A stretch of 64,000 nt of DNA from an uncultured Actinomycetes bacterium (lineage in GTDB: Bacteria > Actinomycetota > Thermoleophilia > Gaiellales > Gaiellaceae), in contig CAVQWS010000013.1 in assembly GCA_963717725.1 (NCBI GenBank), positions 448 through 64,447 on the forward strand, written 5' to 3'. This document shows, in pieces, positions 46,165-55,869 of the stretch. Under the pieces are notes generated by a model. The model worked only from the letters and a program-made list of their open reading frames with translations, searched no databases and was not told where the DNA came from. Numbering within the stretch: position 1 is the stretch's first letter; the number at the start of each line of letters is the position of its first letter. A program made the position numbers and the translations under genes.

Positions 46165-46986
46165 TCACGCCGGCACCGCTCCGAGCTGGCCGACGCAGCG
46201 GGCGGCCGTCTCGAGGCCGAGCTCGATCCCGCCGACGAGGAACCCGGCCGCGAGCGCGTCTCCCGCGCCGGTCGTGTCCACGACCTCGGCGTCGAGCGGC
46301 GGGAACTCCTCGATGCCCTCGGGCGAGCGCACCTCGACGCCGCGCGAGCCGCGCTTGACCACCGCCGTCTCCGCCAGGGCGTAGGCGCCGCCGACCATCT
46401 CCCACTCGGGCTCGTTGGCGAAGACGACATTCGGCGCGGCCGCGTCGAGGTTCGCGCGGAAGCGCTCAGACCCGTAGGCCCGGATCGCGCTCCACGAGGA
46501 GAGGTCGACCGCCACGCGCGCCTCACGCGCCCGCGCCAGCCGCGCTGCGGCCAGCGCCGCTTCCGCGATCGGCTCGGCGAGCAGCGCGTAGCCGGAGAGA
46601 TGCAGCCACGAGCAGCCCTCGAACCACGCGGGCTCGAGCTCGTTCGCTTGCAACTCGACCGAGACGCCGCGGTCGGTCGCCATCGAGCGCTCGCCGTCCG
46701 GCGAGACGAGGGCGACCACCGTCCCGGTCGTTCCGGCCACGACCGGGCCGGCGAGCTCGACCCCGCGGCGCTCGAGCAGCGTGCGCGCGAGCGTGCCTGC
46801 CGCGTCGTCGGCCTGCTTCGCCACGCAACGGGCGCGCTCCCCAAGCTCGGCGACCCATGCCGCCACATTCGCCGCCTGGCCACCGGTGGCAAGCCGGGTC
46901 TCGACCGGGCTGTCGGCGCCGGGCGCGAGCGGCTCGGAGGTCCGCACGATCACGTCGAGGAGCACGTCGCCGAGAGTGCAGATCAC
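46165..46986 (-). CDS. PfkB-family carbohydrate kinase (pseudouridine-kinase-like by context)
   Basis: GTG 46986 in track ORF 46165..47358. 'ATGGQAANVA' and PfkB signature 'DTTGAGDALAAGF'. It lies directly upstream of psuG. Confidence 0.78.
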   Translation of the reverse strand: MICTLGDVLLDVIVRTSEPLAPGADSPVETRLATGGQAANVAAWVAELGERARCVAKQADDAAGTLARTLLERRGVELAGPVVAGTTGTVVALVSPDGERSMATDRGVSVELQANELEPAWFEGCSWLHLSGYALLAEPIAEAALAAARLARAREARVAVDLSSWSAIRAYGSERFRANLDAAAPNVVFANEPEWEMVGGAYALAETAVVKRGSRGVEVRSPEGIEEFPPLDAEVVDTTGAGDALAAGFLVGGIELGLETAARCVGQLGAVPA

Positions 46987-47009
46987 GAGGGCAACCGTAC
47001 AATCGACGC

Positions 47010-47216
47010 GTGGATCGGGAGTCACAGTCGGCCCGCCTGCGCTCGTTCGTGATCGGCGGCCTGCTCGGCGCCTCCGCGGCGCTCGCCGCCGCGCGCCGCA
47101 GGCGCCGTCCGCACCGCCCGGTCCAGCCGGGCCTCGCCGCCTTCGAGGACGCGCCCTGCTACCGCGAGACCCTGGAGCGCGAGAGCGGCCGCAGCCAGTC
47201 GCCCAACTATCCTTAG
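47010..47216 (+). CDS. Possible small membrane-anchored protein (68 aa)
   Basis: GTG 47010. 'LRSFVIGGLLGASAALAAARRRR' TM segment. It ends 4 nt before the FmdB-type gene. No homology recognised. Confidence 0.3.
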   Translation: MDRESQSARLRSFVIGGLLGASAALAAARRRRRPHRPVQPGLAAFEDAPCYRETLERESGRSQSPNYP

Positions 47217-47220
47217 ATCG

Positions 47221-47490
47221 ATGCCGATCTACGAGTACCGATGCCCTAACGGGCACCTCTTCGAGCTGTTCCAGAAGATCGGCGACGCGCCGCCCGACAA
47301 GTGCGAGGTCTGCGGCGAGGGGCCGCTCGAGCGCGTGCTCTACCCGGTCGCGGTGCACTTCAAGGGCTCGGGCTTCTACACGACCGACTACGGCCGCGGC
47401 TCGGGCAAGAAGCCCTCGAAGGACGGCGACTCCACGTCGTCCGAGCCCGCCAAGCCCAAAGAAGAGAAGAAAAAGGCCGCCGAGGCCTAG
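47221..47490 (+). CDS. FmdB-family zinc-ribbon protein
   Basis: 'MPIYEYRCPNGH...CEVCGEG' CxxC-CxxC ribbon with a Lys/Glu-rich tail. Confidence 0.85.
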   Translation: MPIYEYRCPNGHLFELFQKIGDAPPDKCEVCGEGPLERVLYPVAVHFKGSGFYTTDYGRGSGKKPSKDGDSTSSEPAKPKEEKKKAAEA

Positions 47491-48659
47491 CCGCCGAGGC
47501 AGCCGGGTGGGTAGGTGTCACCCGACGGCGCCGGGGGCTGCGCGGCGGACTTGCCGAGCACCATCAGGATCACCTTCGCGTTGTCCTCGCTCGGGGTGAT
47601 GTCTCCCCCGGTCGAGGTCCCGCCGAGGCGGCAGTGAAGCGTGCGCCCTGCGCGGAACTTCGCCCAGCCGAGCCCGGCGAAGTCGTTCGCGGAGAGATCG
47701 GTCGCGAGCGGCTTCGTCAGGTCTTTGCCATCGAAGGGCAGCCGCATGAAGGTTGAGAAGCTGGCGAGCTTGCTCATCAGCGCCTGCAACACCTGCTGGT
47801 TGCGCTCGCCGCGCGTGATGTCGCTCTCGGCTGGATTGAGCGCGTTCTTGCGCACCCGTGAGTAGATCAGCGCTCGCTGACCGCTCATGTGCTGCTTGCC
47901 CGGGGAGAAGCGCCAGCCGGGCCAGCGCGCGCAGCGGGCCTCGGTCTTGTACGGGCAGTCGAACTTGGACTGGATTTTCTCCGGCACGACGATGTCGATC
48001 CCACCGACTGCGTCGATCAGGTCTTTGAACTCGGCGAAGTTGACGACGACGATGTGGTTGATCGGGATGTCGGTGTAGGCCGAGACCGTGCGGGCGGCGA
48101 GGCGCGGGCCGCCGACCTGGTAGGCGGTGTTGATCTTCGCGCCGCCATAGCCGGGGATCTCGACGCGCAGGTCGCGCGGGATCGAGAGGTAGTAGAGCCG
48201 GTGGTGCGCTGGATCGGTGCGTAGCAGCGTGATCGAGTCGGAGTGCCGGTCGCCGGCCCGCGAGGCGGCGAGCGAGTGGTCGGTGCCGAGCAGCAGGATC
48301 GCGGTCGGCTTCGAGAGCAGGCTGCCCTGGTCGGGCGCCAGCGCGCGCCGCGCGTTCTGCGGCAGCCGCTTGTTCGCCTCCGAGACGCCGCTGCGGAAGA
48401 CGAGGTAGCCGATCACACTCCAGGCAAGGAAGAAGGCGACGATCAGGACGAGCGCGATCGTCAGCTCGCGGCCCCAGCGGATCTGGCGCGGGCGGCGGGC
48501 GGTCGTCTTCGGCCCGGGACCGCGATAGTTGCTGCGGCCGTCGCGCTCTGCCTTTGCCCGCGGCGGCGATTTCTCGGGCCGCCCGACGGTCGGCACCCGG
48601 CCCTTCTGGCGCCCGCCCCGGTAGACGCGGTAGGGCTTCTCTCCACCGGGCGTCGACAT
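47487..48659 (-). CDS. LytR-CpsA-Psr (LCP) family cell-envelope phosphotransferase
   Basis: ATG 48659 in track ORF 47487..49172. Basic N-terminus, TM 'LTIALVLIVAFFLAWSVIGYLVF', 'ILLLGTDH', 'HSDSITLLR', 'IPRDL'. Confidence 0.85.
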   Translation of the reverse strand: MSTPGGEKPYRVYRGGRQKGRVPTVGRPEKSPPRAKAERDGRSNYRGPGPKTTARRPRQIRWGRELTIALVLIVAFFLAWSVIGYLVFRSGVSEANKRLPQNARRALAPDQGSLLSKPTAILLLGTDHSLAASRAGDRHSDSITLLRTDPAHHRLYYLSIPRDLRVEIPGYGGAKINTAYQVGGPRLAARTVSAYTDIPINHIVVVNFAEFKDLIDAVGGIDIVVPEKIQSKFDCPYKTEARCARWPGWRFSPGKQHMSGQRALIYSRVRKNALNPAESDITRGERNQQVLQALMSKLASFSTFMRLPFDGKDLTKPLATDLSANDFAGLGWAKFRAGRTLHCRLGGTSTGGDITPSEDNAKVILMVLGKSAAQPPAPSGDTYPPGCLGG

Positions 48660-48669
48660 CCGGCGGCGT

Positions 48670-49593
48670 ATGGTACCCGCGGCGGTTTTGGAGCAGTCGC
48701 GGGTCATCGGGGTGGACGTCGGCGGGACGAAAATCCTCGCCGCGGTCGTCTCGCGCGACGGCTCGCTGGGCGCGCGGCTCGAGCGTCCGAGCGACCATTC
48801 CTCGCAGGACGCGCTCCTCGCGGAGCTCGACTCCCTGGTGGAGGAGCTGCACCGGGCCGAACCGGACGCGCAGGCGCTCGGCTTCGGCGTCCCTTCGAGA
48901 ATCGACCAGGCCGCGGGCCGCGCGCTCAAGTCTGTGAACATTCCGCTCGAGGGCGTCGACCTACGCGACCGGATGCGGGAGCGGCACGGCCTGTCCGTGG
49001 CGCTCGACAACGACGCCAACGCCGCGGCGATCGCCGAGTGGCGGGTCGGGGCGGCGCGGGGAGCGCGAGACGTCGTGATGTTGACGCTCGGGACCGGCGT
49101 TGGCGGCGGCCTGATCCTCGACGGCAAGCCGTATCGCGGCGCGACCGGGAGCGGGGCCGAGCTCGGCCACATCGTGCTCGAGCCCGGCGGCCCGCCCTGC
49201 GGCTGCGGCGGCCACGGCCACCTCGAGTCCTTCGCCGCCGGCCCGGCGGCGGACCGCGTCGCTCGCTCGCTCTACGGTGACGGCTCGAACGCGCACGACC
49301 TCGTCACACGCGCGCGGAAGGGCGAGCCCGTAGCGGTCGAGGCGCTGGCCGGGGTCGGCCGCTACCTCGGTGCCGGAATCGCGAGCTTCGTCAACGTCTT
49401 CGAGCCCGAAGTGGTCGTCGTCGGCGGCGGCTTCGGCGCGGCCGGTGAACTGCTCCTGGCGCCTGCACGTAAGGTCGTCGCCGTCGAGGGGCTCGAGCCG
49501 GCGCGCGACAACGTGCGGATCGTCCAGGCCGAGCTCGGCGTCGATGCGGGCGTGATCGGCGCCGGGATGGTGGCGTTCGAGGCGCTCGGCTAG
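48670..49593 (+). CDS. ROK-family glucokinase
   Basis: 'IGVDVGGTKI' and ROK zinc motif 'CGCGGHGHLE'. Confidence 0.88.
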   Translation: MVPAAVLEQSRVIGVDVGGTKILAAVVSRDGSLGARLERPSDHSSQDALLAELDSLVEELHRAEPDAQALGFGVPSRIDQAAGRALKSVNIPLEGVDLRDRMRERHGLSVALDNDANAAAIAEWRVGAARGARDVVMLTLGTGVGGGLILDGKPYRGATGSGAELGHIVLEPGGPPCGCGGHGHLESFAAGPAADRVARSLYGDGSNAHDLVTRARKGEPVAVEALAGVGRYLGAGIASFVNVFEPEVVVVGGGFGAAGELLLAPARKVVAVEGLEPARDNVRIVQAELGVDAGVIGAGMVAFEALG

Positions 49594-50402
49594 TGCCGCT
49601 CGCGGTCTGCGCGACGCCGATCGGCAACCTCGAGGACGTGACCCTGCGCGTCCTGCGCGAGCTCGCCGAGGCGGAGGTCGTGCTCGCCGAGGACACGCGC
49701 CACACGCGCGGGCTGCTGGAGCGGCACGGCATCCGCGCGCGGCTGCTCTCCTACCACGACCACAACGAGGCGAAGCGGACGGCTGAGCTTCTCCCGCGCC
49801 TGCAGGCCGGCGAGCGGCTGGCGCTGGTCAGCGACGCCGGCCTGCCGGGGATCAGCGATCCGGGCGCGCGGCTGGTGGCGGCCGCTCTCGAGGCGGGCGT
49901 GCCGGTGACGGTGCTGCCGGGGCCATCGGCGGTGGAGACGGCACTGGTCGCGAGCGGGCTCGTCGGCGAGCGCTACCAGTTCGTCGGCTACCTGCCTCGC
50001 GGCGAGCGGGCGCTGACCGCGTTCGGTGAGGAGCTGTCCGGCTGGCGATGGCCGGTGGTCGCCTTTGAGTCGCCGCAGCGGCTGCCGCGCTCACTGGCAG
50101 TCCTCGCGCGCGTGGCCCCCGACCGGCCGTGTGCAGTGTGCCGCGAGTTGACGAAGCGCCACGAGGAGGTCGCGCTAGGCACGGTCTCCGAGCTGGCGGA
50201 GCGCTTCGGCGAGCCGGTGCGCGGCGAAGTGACGCTCGTGCTCGGGGCGGCACCGCCGGCGGAGGCTGCCGGTGAAGAGGCGGCGGCCGCGGCGGCGGTC
50301 GTAGAGCTCGTCGAGGCGGGAGTGCCGCGCCGGCAGGCAGCCGAGCTCGTCTCGCGGCTGACCGGAGCCTCGCGCAACGCGCTCTATCGCGGCTCGCTGT
50401 AA
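49593..50402 (+). CDS. rsmI: 16S rRNA (cytidine1402-2'-O)-methyltransferase
   Basis: 'CATPIGNLEDVTLR', 'SDAGLPGISDPG' tetrapyrrole-methylase-fold motifs. Confidence 0.88.
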   Translation: MPLAVCATPIGNLEDVTLRVLRELAEAEVVLAEDTRHTRGLLERHGIRARLLSYHDHNEAKRTAELLPRLQAGERLALVSDAGLPGISDPGARLVAAALEAGVPVTVLPGPSAVETALVASGLVGERYQFVGYLPRGERALTAFGEELSGWRWPVVAFESPQRLPRSLAVLARVAPDRPCAVCRELTKRHEEVALGTVSELAERFGEPVRGEVTLVLGAAPPAEAAGEEAAAAAAVVELVEAGVPRRQAAELVSRLTGASRNALYRGSL

Positions 50403-50408
50403 TCCGAT

Positions 50409-51671
50409 TTGACAACGTCCGGGCCGGCCTGGTACCTTGAGGTCGGTTTGCAGAACAGACAACAGCGATCGGCGTTCACCCGGCTCGCGGCCATCGCGGT
50501 GCTCCTGGCACTCGCAACGCCCGCCGCTGCAGGCGCCTGGACGTGGCCCGTCGCGGGGCCGGTGCTACAGGGGTTTGCCTTCGACGAGGAGAACCCGCTC
50601 GTCCCTGGTCAGCATCGCGGGATCGACATCCAGGGAACTGTCGGCGCTCCGGTGCTCGCGCCGGCCCCGGGAACGGTGACCTTCGCCGGCAGGGTCGCGG
50701 CGAACGGGCTCACGATCACGATCCAGACGGCGGACTACGCCGTCACGCTCCTGCATCTCGGCTCGTTCCTGGTCGGCGCGGGGGCGGTCGTGGCCGAGGG
50801 CCAGCCGGTCGCGATCGTCGGCACGAGTGGGGTGCCGGCTCACTCGGTCCCGTACGTGCAGCTCGGCGTCCGGCTCAGCAGCGACCCGCAGGGCTACCTC
50901 GATCCAATGAACTTCCTGCCGCCCGTCGCGGCGCCTCCGCCTGTGCCGAACGAGCCGCCTGCGCCCGCTCCGGCTCCGTCACCGTCGCTTTCCCCCGCGC
51001 CGACGCCTCCGCCGCCGGCGCCCTCGCTCCGGGTCGTTGCGCCGGTCGGCGTATCGGAGCCGCGGCCGGTGGTCGAGCTCCCGTCGCCGACACCGGCCGT
51101 CGGGCCGCAGCCCGGCGGGCCTGTCCCCGAGCCTCGGCCCGCTGCTCGCCCCGTGAGCGCCCGCCCGCCGGTCTCGGCCCCAGCAGCGCCGATGCCTGTC
51201 GAGGCGGCCGATCCTGCTCCGGTGGGCACAGCGCCCGCGACCCCGCACCGACCCGTATCTGCACCAACCACGAGGCCATGGCTTCGCGCAAGTGACCCTG
51301 AGCCGGTCGTCGAGCTCGGCGAAGCGCGAGGGAAGCCGTTCCCCTGGAAACTGCTCGCCGCCGGGACATCGCTCCTGGCCGCAGCCGCGCTCGCCGCGCG
51401 TGGCCGGCGCAAGGCCGCTCGTATCATTGAGGGCGATGCGCTACTACCTGACGACACCCATCTACTACGTCAACGCGAGCCCGCACATCGGGCACGCGTA
51501 CACGACGATCGCGGCCGACGTCCTCGTCCGGCACCATCAGCAGCGCGGCGAGGAGACCTTCTTCCTGACGGGCACCGACGAGCATGCCTCGAAGGTGTAC
51601 CGCGTCGCCGAGGAGCAGGGGCTCGACCCGAAGGCGTACGTCGACGAGATCGTCGAGAAGTATTGGCGTGA
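50409..51671 (+). CDS. M23-family peptidase with Pro-rich linker and C-terminal membrane anchor (3' end doubtful)
   Basis: TTG start. 'HRGIDIQG', 'GTVTFAG', 'LLHLGS' M23 motifs, Pro/Ala-rich spacer, TM 'LLAAGTSLLAAAALAA'. The frame then runs 236 nt into metG with an Arg-rich tail. Confidence 0.7.
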   Translation: MTTSGPAWYLEVGLQNRQQRSAFTRLAAIAVLLALATPAAAGAWTWPVAGPVLQGFAFDEENPLVPGQHRGIDIQGTVGAPVLAPAPGTVTFAGRVAANGLTITIQTADYAVTLLHLGSFLVGAGAVVAEGQPVAIVGTSGVPAHSVPYVQLGVRLSSDPQGYLDPMNFLPPVAAPPPVPNEPPAPAPAPSPSLSPAPTPPPPAPSLRVVAPVGVSEPRPVVELPSPTPAVGPQPGGPVPEPRPAARPVSARPPVSAPAAPMPVEAADPAPVGTAPATPHRPVSAPTTRPWLRASDPEPVVELGEARGKPFPWKLLAAGTSLLAAAALAARGRRKAARIIEGDALLPDDTHLLRQREPAHRARVHDDRGRRPRPAPSAARRGDLLPDGHRRACLEGVPRRRGAGARPEGVRRRDRREVLA

Positions 51672-52959
51672 GCTGCCCAAGACCGTCGGAGCGGAGTACG
51701 ACTTCTTCATCCGCACAACCGACGAGGGGCACAAGCGCTTCGTGCAGGAGTTCCTGCAGCGCATCTACGACAACGGCGACATCTACCAGGACGTCTACTC
51801 GGGGCTCTATTGCGTGCAGTGTGAGGAGTTCAAGTCCGAGTCCGAGCTCGTCGACGGCCTGTGCGCAGACCACGGCATCCCGCCGGAGCGGATCGAGGAG
51901 ACGAACTGGTTCTTCCGCCTGTCCGCCTACCAGGAGAAGCTGCTCGCGCTCTACGACGAGCGCCCCGATTTCGTCCTGCCGAGCCACCGCTACAACGAGG
52001 CGCGTAGCTTCATCGAGGGCGGTCTGCAGGACTTCAGCGTCAGCCGCGCCGGCCAGCCGTGGGGCGTGCCGATCCCCTGGGACGAACGGCAGGTCACGTA
52101 TGTCTGGGTAGACGCCCTGATCAACTACCTGAGCGCACTCACGTACGCGCGAGACGGGGAGGACCTGCGCGAGGAGTTCTGGCCGCACGCCCATCACCTG
52201 CTCGGCAAGGACATCCTCCGGTTCCACTGCGTCTTCTGGCCTGCGCTGCTGCTTGCCGCCGGCTACGAGGTGCCGCGGCAGCTGTTCGTCCACGGCTACC
52301 TGTTGCTGGACGATCGGAAGATCTCGAAGTCGCTCGGCAACGTGATCGACCCGCTCGACCTGGTGGACGTCTACGGCTCGGACGCCGTCCGCTTCTGGGC
52401 GTTGCGGTCGGTGTCGTTCGGCCAGGACGGCAGCGCCTCGATCGACGCCCTGCACGAGCGCTACGAGCGGGAGCTCGCCAACGACCTCGGCAACCTCGTG
52501 TCCAGGACGACGGCAATGGTCGCCCGCTATCGCGACGGGCGTGTCGCGCCCGGACAACCGAACGAGGAGCTGGGAGCCGCGCTCGACGGCCTGCGGGAGA
52601 AGCTCGTGGAGCACTTCGACGCCTGGGACCTGACCGGCGCGCTCGAGGGCATCTGGGAGCTCGTGCGCTGGCTCAATCGCCACGTCGAGAACACCGCCCC
52701 GTGGCAACTCGCCAAGGACGAGGACCGAGCCGACGAGCTCGACGCGGTCCTCTACGACCTGGTCGACGGCGTGCGGGCGGTCGCGGTCGCGCTCTCCGCG
52801 TACCTGCCGCAAACCGCGCCGCAGATCCTGGAAGCGCTCGGCCAGCCCGTCCAGCTCGAGCTCGAGCGAATCGCCTACGGCCTGACGCCGGAGACCGACG
52901 GGATCGCCGCGGCCGCGCCGCTCTTCCCGCGGGTCGACCAGCCCACCGCCGCGGCGTGA
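51436..52959 (+). CDS. metG: Methionine--tRNA ligase
   Basis: ATG 51436 in track ORF 51292..52959. HIGH motif 'SPHIGHAYT' and KMSKS motif 'KISKSLGN'. Confidence 0.95.
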   Translation: MRYYLTTPIYYVNASPHIGHAYTTIAADVLVRHHQQRGEETFFLTGTDEHASKVYRVAEEQGLDPKAYVDEIVEKYWRELPKTVGAEYDFFIRTTDEGHKRFVQEFLQRIYDNGDIYQDVYSGLYCVQCEEFKSESELVDGLCADHGIPPERIEETNWFFRLSAYQEKLLALYDERPDFVLPSHRYNEARSFIEGGLQDFSVSRAGQPWGVPIPWDERQVTYVWVDALINYLSALTYARDGEDLREEFWPHAHHLLGKDILRFHCVFWPALLLAAGYEVPRQLFVHGYLLLDDRKISKSLGNVIDPLDLVDVYGSDAVRFWALRSVSFGQDGSASIDALHERYERELANDLGNLVSRTTAMVARYRDGRVAPGQPNEELGAALDGLREKLVEHFDAWDLTGALEGIWELVRWLNRHVENTAPWQLAKDEDRADELDAVLYDLVDGVRAVAVALSAYLPQTAPQILEALGQPVQLELERIAYGLTPETDGIAAAAPLFPRVDQPTAAA

Positions 52960-53702
52960 TCGACACTCACGCGCACCTCGACGCGTGCGCGGAGCCGGCT
53001 GACGAGCTCCTCGCGCGGGCGCGCGGGGCCGGCGTCGACCGGATCGTCTCGGTCGGCTCGGGCCTCGACTCCTGCCGCGAGACGCTCGCGATCGCCGGGC
53101 GGCACGACAGCGTCTTCGCAGCGCTCGGGATCCATCCGCACCAGGCCGCGGAGCCCGACGCGATGCGGGTCGACGAGCTGCGCGAGCTGCTCGCCGACGA
53201 GCGCGCGGTGGCCGTCGGCGAGACCGGTCTCGACTTCTACCGTGACTACGCGCCGCGTGAACGTCAGCGCGAGCTCTTCGAGCGCCAGCTCGAACTGGCC
53301 GCCGAGCTCGGCAAGACGGTCGTCGTTCACACGCGCGCGGCCTCCGAGGAGACGGCCGCCGCGCTGGAGCCGTTCGCGGGCACCGTCGTCCTGCACTGCT
53401 TCTCGGCGCCCGAGCTCCTGCCGGTCGCACTCGAGCGCGGCTACTTCCTCTCCTTCGCCGGCAACGTCACCTACCCGAAGGCCGAGGACCTGCGCGAGGC
53501 GGCGCGCGCCGTGCCGGGCGAGCGGCTGCTCGCCGAGACCGACAGCCCATACCTCGCCCCGCAGCCGAGGCGCGGCCGGCCGAACGAGCCCGCGAACGTC
53601 GTCCACACGATCGCTGCGCTCGCCGAGGCGCGAGGCGAAAACGCAAGCGAGCTCGCCGCCCGGCTCGACGCCAACGCGAGCGCCGCCTTCGGGCTCCCAT
53701 GA
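52956..53702 (+). CDS. TatD-family metal-dependent hydrolase
   Basis: The GTG overlaps the metG stop (GTGA). 'IDTHAHLD', 'VGETGLDF', 'VVHTR', 'LLAETDSPYL'. Confidence 0.9.
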   Translation: MIDTHAHLDACAEPADELLARARGAGVDRIVSVGSGLDSCRETLAIAGRHDSVFAALGIHPHQAAEPDAMRVDELRELLADERAVAVGETGLDFYRDYAPRERQRELFERQLELAAELGKTVVVHTRAASEETAAALEPFAGTVVLHCFSAPELLPVALERGYFLSFAGNVTYPKAEDLREAARAVPGERLLAETDSPYLAPQPRRGRPNEPANVVHTIAALAEARGENASELAARLDANASAAFGLP

Positions 53703-54481
53703 GCCGGCCAGCCGCGAAGAAGGAGCTCGGCCAGCACTTCCTGGTCGACGAGAACCTGCTCGGCGTGATCGGCCGCCTTGCCGAGCTCGGCCCCGAGGAC
53801 GTCGTGCTGGAGGTCGGACCAGGGCTCGGTGTGCTCACCATCTATCTCGCCGACCGGACCGCGCGCGTGCACGCTGTCGAGCTCGACCCCTCGCTCGAGC
53901 CACGCCTGCGCGAAGCACTCGGCAGCCGCGAGAACGTCGAGCTCCACCTCGGCGACGCACTCCGGCTCGACCTTACGACGCTCGAGCCGACGCCGACGAA
54001 GCTCGTCTCGAACCTGCCCTACAACATCGCCACGCCGCTGATCGTGGAGAGCCTCGACGGCCTGCCGAGCATCGAGCTCTGGTGCGTGATGGTGCAGCGC
54101 GAGGTCGCCGACCGCTTCTTCGCCGAGCCCTCCACGAAGGCTTACGGCGCGGTCTCGGTGCTCGTCCAGCTCGCCGCGGAGCGGACCGGCTTCCACCCGG
54201 TCTCGCGCACGGTCTTCCGGCCGCGGCCGAACGTGGACTCGGCCCTCGTCGCCTTCCGCCGGCTCGAGCTGCCTCCCGGCTTCGCGCGCGTGAAGCAACT
54301 CGTGACCGCCGCCTTCGCTCACCGGCGCAAGCGCCTGGCGAACTCGCTCGAGCTCGCCGGCTTCGCAACGCGCGGCGATGCGACGGAAGCGCTGCGCGCG
54401 ATCGGCCGAGACCCAGCCGCCCGGGCCGAGGAGCTCGCGCCGCCCGAGTTCGTCGCCCTCGCGGAAGCGCTGTCCGCGTGA
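53699..54481 (+). CDS. rsmA: 16S rRNA (adenine1518/1519-N6)-dimethyltransferase
   Basis: 'LGQHFL', SAM site 'VLEVGPGLGVLT', 'SNLPYNI'. Confidence 0.93.
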   Translation: MSRPAAKKELGQHFLVDENLLGVIGRLAELGPEDVVLEVGPGLGVLTIYLADRTARVHAVELDPSLEPRLREALGSRENVELHLGDALRLDLTTLEPTPTKLVSNLPYNIATPLIVESLDGLPSIELWCVMVQREVADRFFAEPSTKAYGAVSVLVQLAAERTGFHPVSRTVFRPRPNVDSALVAFRRLELPPGFARVKQLVTAAFAHRRKRLANSLELAGFATRGDATEALRAIGRDPAARAEELAPPEFVALAEALSA

Positions 54482-55296
54482 ACCGAGCGCCCGCGACCGC
54501 GAAGCTGAACCTGGCGCTCGTCGTCGGGCCGCTCCGCGACGACGGCCGGCACGAGGTCGCCACGGTCCTGCAGCGGATCGACCTGGCCGACCGCGTCTCG
54601 ATCGAGCCGGCGGCCGAGCTCCGCGTCGAAGGCTTCGCCGAGGACACGCTCGTCCGAGCTGCGCTCGAGCGGCTGGCCGAGGCCGCGAACACCGACCCGC
54701 GCTGGCACGCGCGGATCTGGAAGCAGGTCCCGGTCGCGGCCGGCCTCGGCGGCGGCAGCTCCGACGCCGCGACCGCGCTCAGGCTCGCCAACGAGACCCT
54801 GGCCGAGCCGCTCCCGCCCGAGCGCCTGCACGAACTGGCGTCCGAGCTCGGCGCCGACGTCCCCTTCTTCCTCACCTCGGGCCCACAGCTCGGCACCGGC
54901 ACCGGCACCGAGCTCGAGCCGCTGGAGCTGCCGCAGGACTACTGGATCGTCCTGCTGCTTCCGCACGACCAGCGCAAGCCGTCGACGGCCGACGTCTACG
55001 CCGGCTTCGACCGGCGCGACGGCGCCACCGGCTTCGAGGAACGGCACGCGCGCCTACGCGAGACCCTGGCCGAGGCCAAGCGCCCGCGCGACCTGGCGGC
55101 GCTGCCGCCGAACGACCTCGCGGCGTCGCCGCATGCGGAGCGGCTGCTCGAATTTGGCGCCTTCCGCGCAGACGTGAGCGGGGCCGGACCGGCGGTCTAC
55201 GGGCTCTTCCTGCACCGCGCCCAGGCAGCCGCCGCCGAGCGTGAGCTCGAGGCTCTCGGGCGCACCTGGATCACGGTTCCCACTTGGTACGGTTGA
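54478..55296 (+). CDS. ispE: 4-diphosphocytidyl-2-C-methyl-D-erythritol kinase
   Basis: The GTG overlaps the rsmA stop. 'AKLNLAL', GHMP motif 'PVAAGLGGGSSDAA'. Confidence 0.9.
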   Translation: MNRAPATAKLNLALVVGPLRDDGRHEVATVLQRIDLADRVSIEPAAELRVEGFAEDTLVRAALERLAEAANTDPRWHARIWKQVPVAAGLGGGSSDAATALRLANETLAEPLPPERLHELASELGADVPFFLTSGPQLGTGTGTELEPLELPQDYWIVLLLPHDQRKPSTADVYAGFDRRDGATGFEERHARLRETLAEAKRPRDLAALPPNDLAASPHAERLLEFGAFRADVSGAGPAVYGLFLHRAQAAAAERELEALGRTWITVPTWYG

Positions 55297-55301
55297 GCAC
55301 G

Positions 55302-55679
55302 ATGGGCGCCAACGAATCGCTGGAACACCGCGGCACGGTCGAGCACGGGACGACACGTCTCGGCCGCTGGCTTCAGCACCGCCGGATCCGGATCACGCTC
55401 TGGATCGCGGTGCTCGAGGGCATCGTCGTCGCGTTCGCCCAGGACCTCTCCCGCTGGACGGTGATCGCGCTCGCGATCCCGATCCTGGCGCTCTACCTCT
55501 TCTGGGGCCGGAACGCGCGGTCGCACACCGCGAGGCAGGTGCTCTGGATCGCCGGCGCCTCGCAGGCGCTGGCGGTCGTGGTCGTGATCCTGGCCTTCAT
55601 CCTCAACTGGCTCGCGCTGCTGCTGGCCGCCATCTTCGCCGCAGTAGCACTCCTTTTCCTCTTCTCCGACCGGGGCTAA
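55302..55679 (+). CDS. Small integral membrane protein (125 aa)
   Basis: ATG 55302 in track ORF 55284..55679, with four hydrophobic helices. Confidence 0.6.
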   Translation: MGANESLEHRGTVEHGTTRLGRWLQHRRIRITLWIAVLEGIVVAFAQDLSRWTVIALAIPILALYLFWGRNARSHTARQVLWIAGASQALAVVVVILAFILNWLALLLAAIFAAVALLFLFSDRG

Positions 55680-55787
55680 GCTCTCATAGCCAAGTGCCAA
55701 GGCATCGCTGGCGATGCCGCTTAGGGCCACGGCGGCTTCGCCGACGGGGCCGTCTTGCACCCGTTGTTGCGCAAACAGACATATCGT

Positions 55788-55861
55788 TGGGGCGTAGCCA
55801 AGTGGTAAGGCAGCGGGTTTTGGTCCCGCGATCCCAGGTTCGAATCCTGGCGCCCCAGCCA
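55788..55861 (+). tRNA. tRNA-Gln (anticodon TTG), CCA encoded
   Basis: Acceptor TGGGGCG/CGCCCCA with the U1:A72 pair, anticodon stem GCGGG/CCCGC, loop TTTTGGT, T-loop GGTTCGAATCC, then G-CCA. Confidence 0.93.
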
Positions 55862-55869
55862 TCTCGCCC

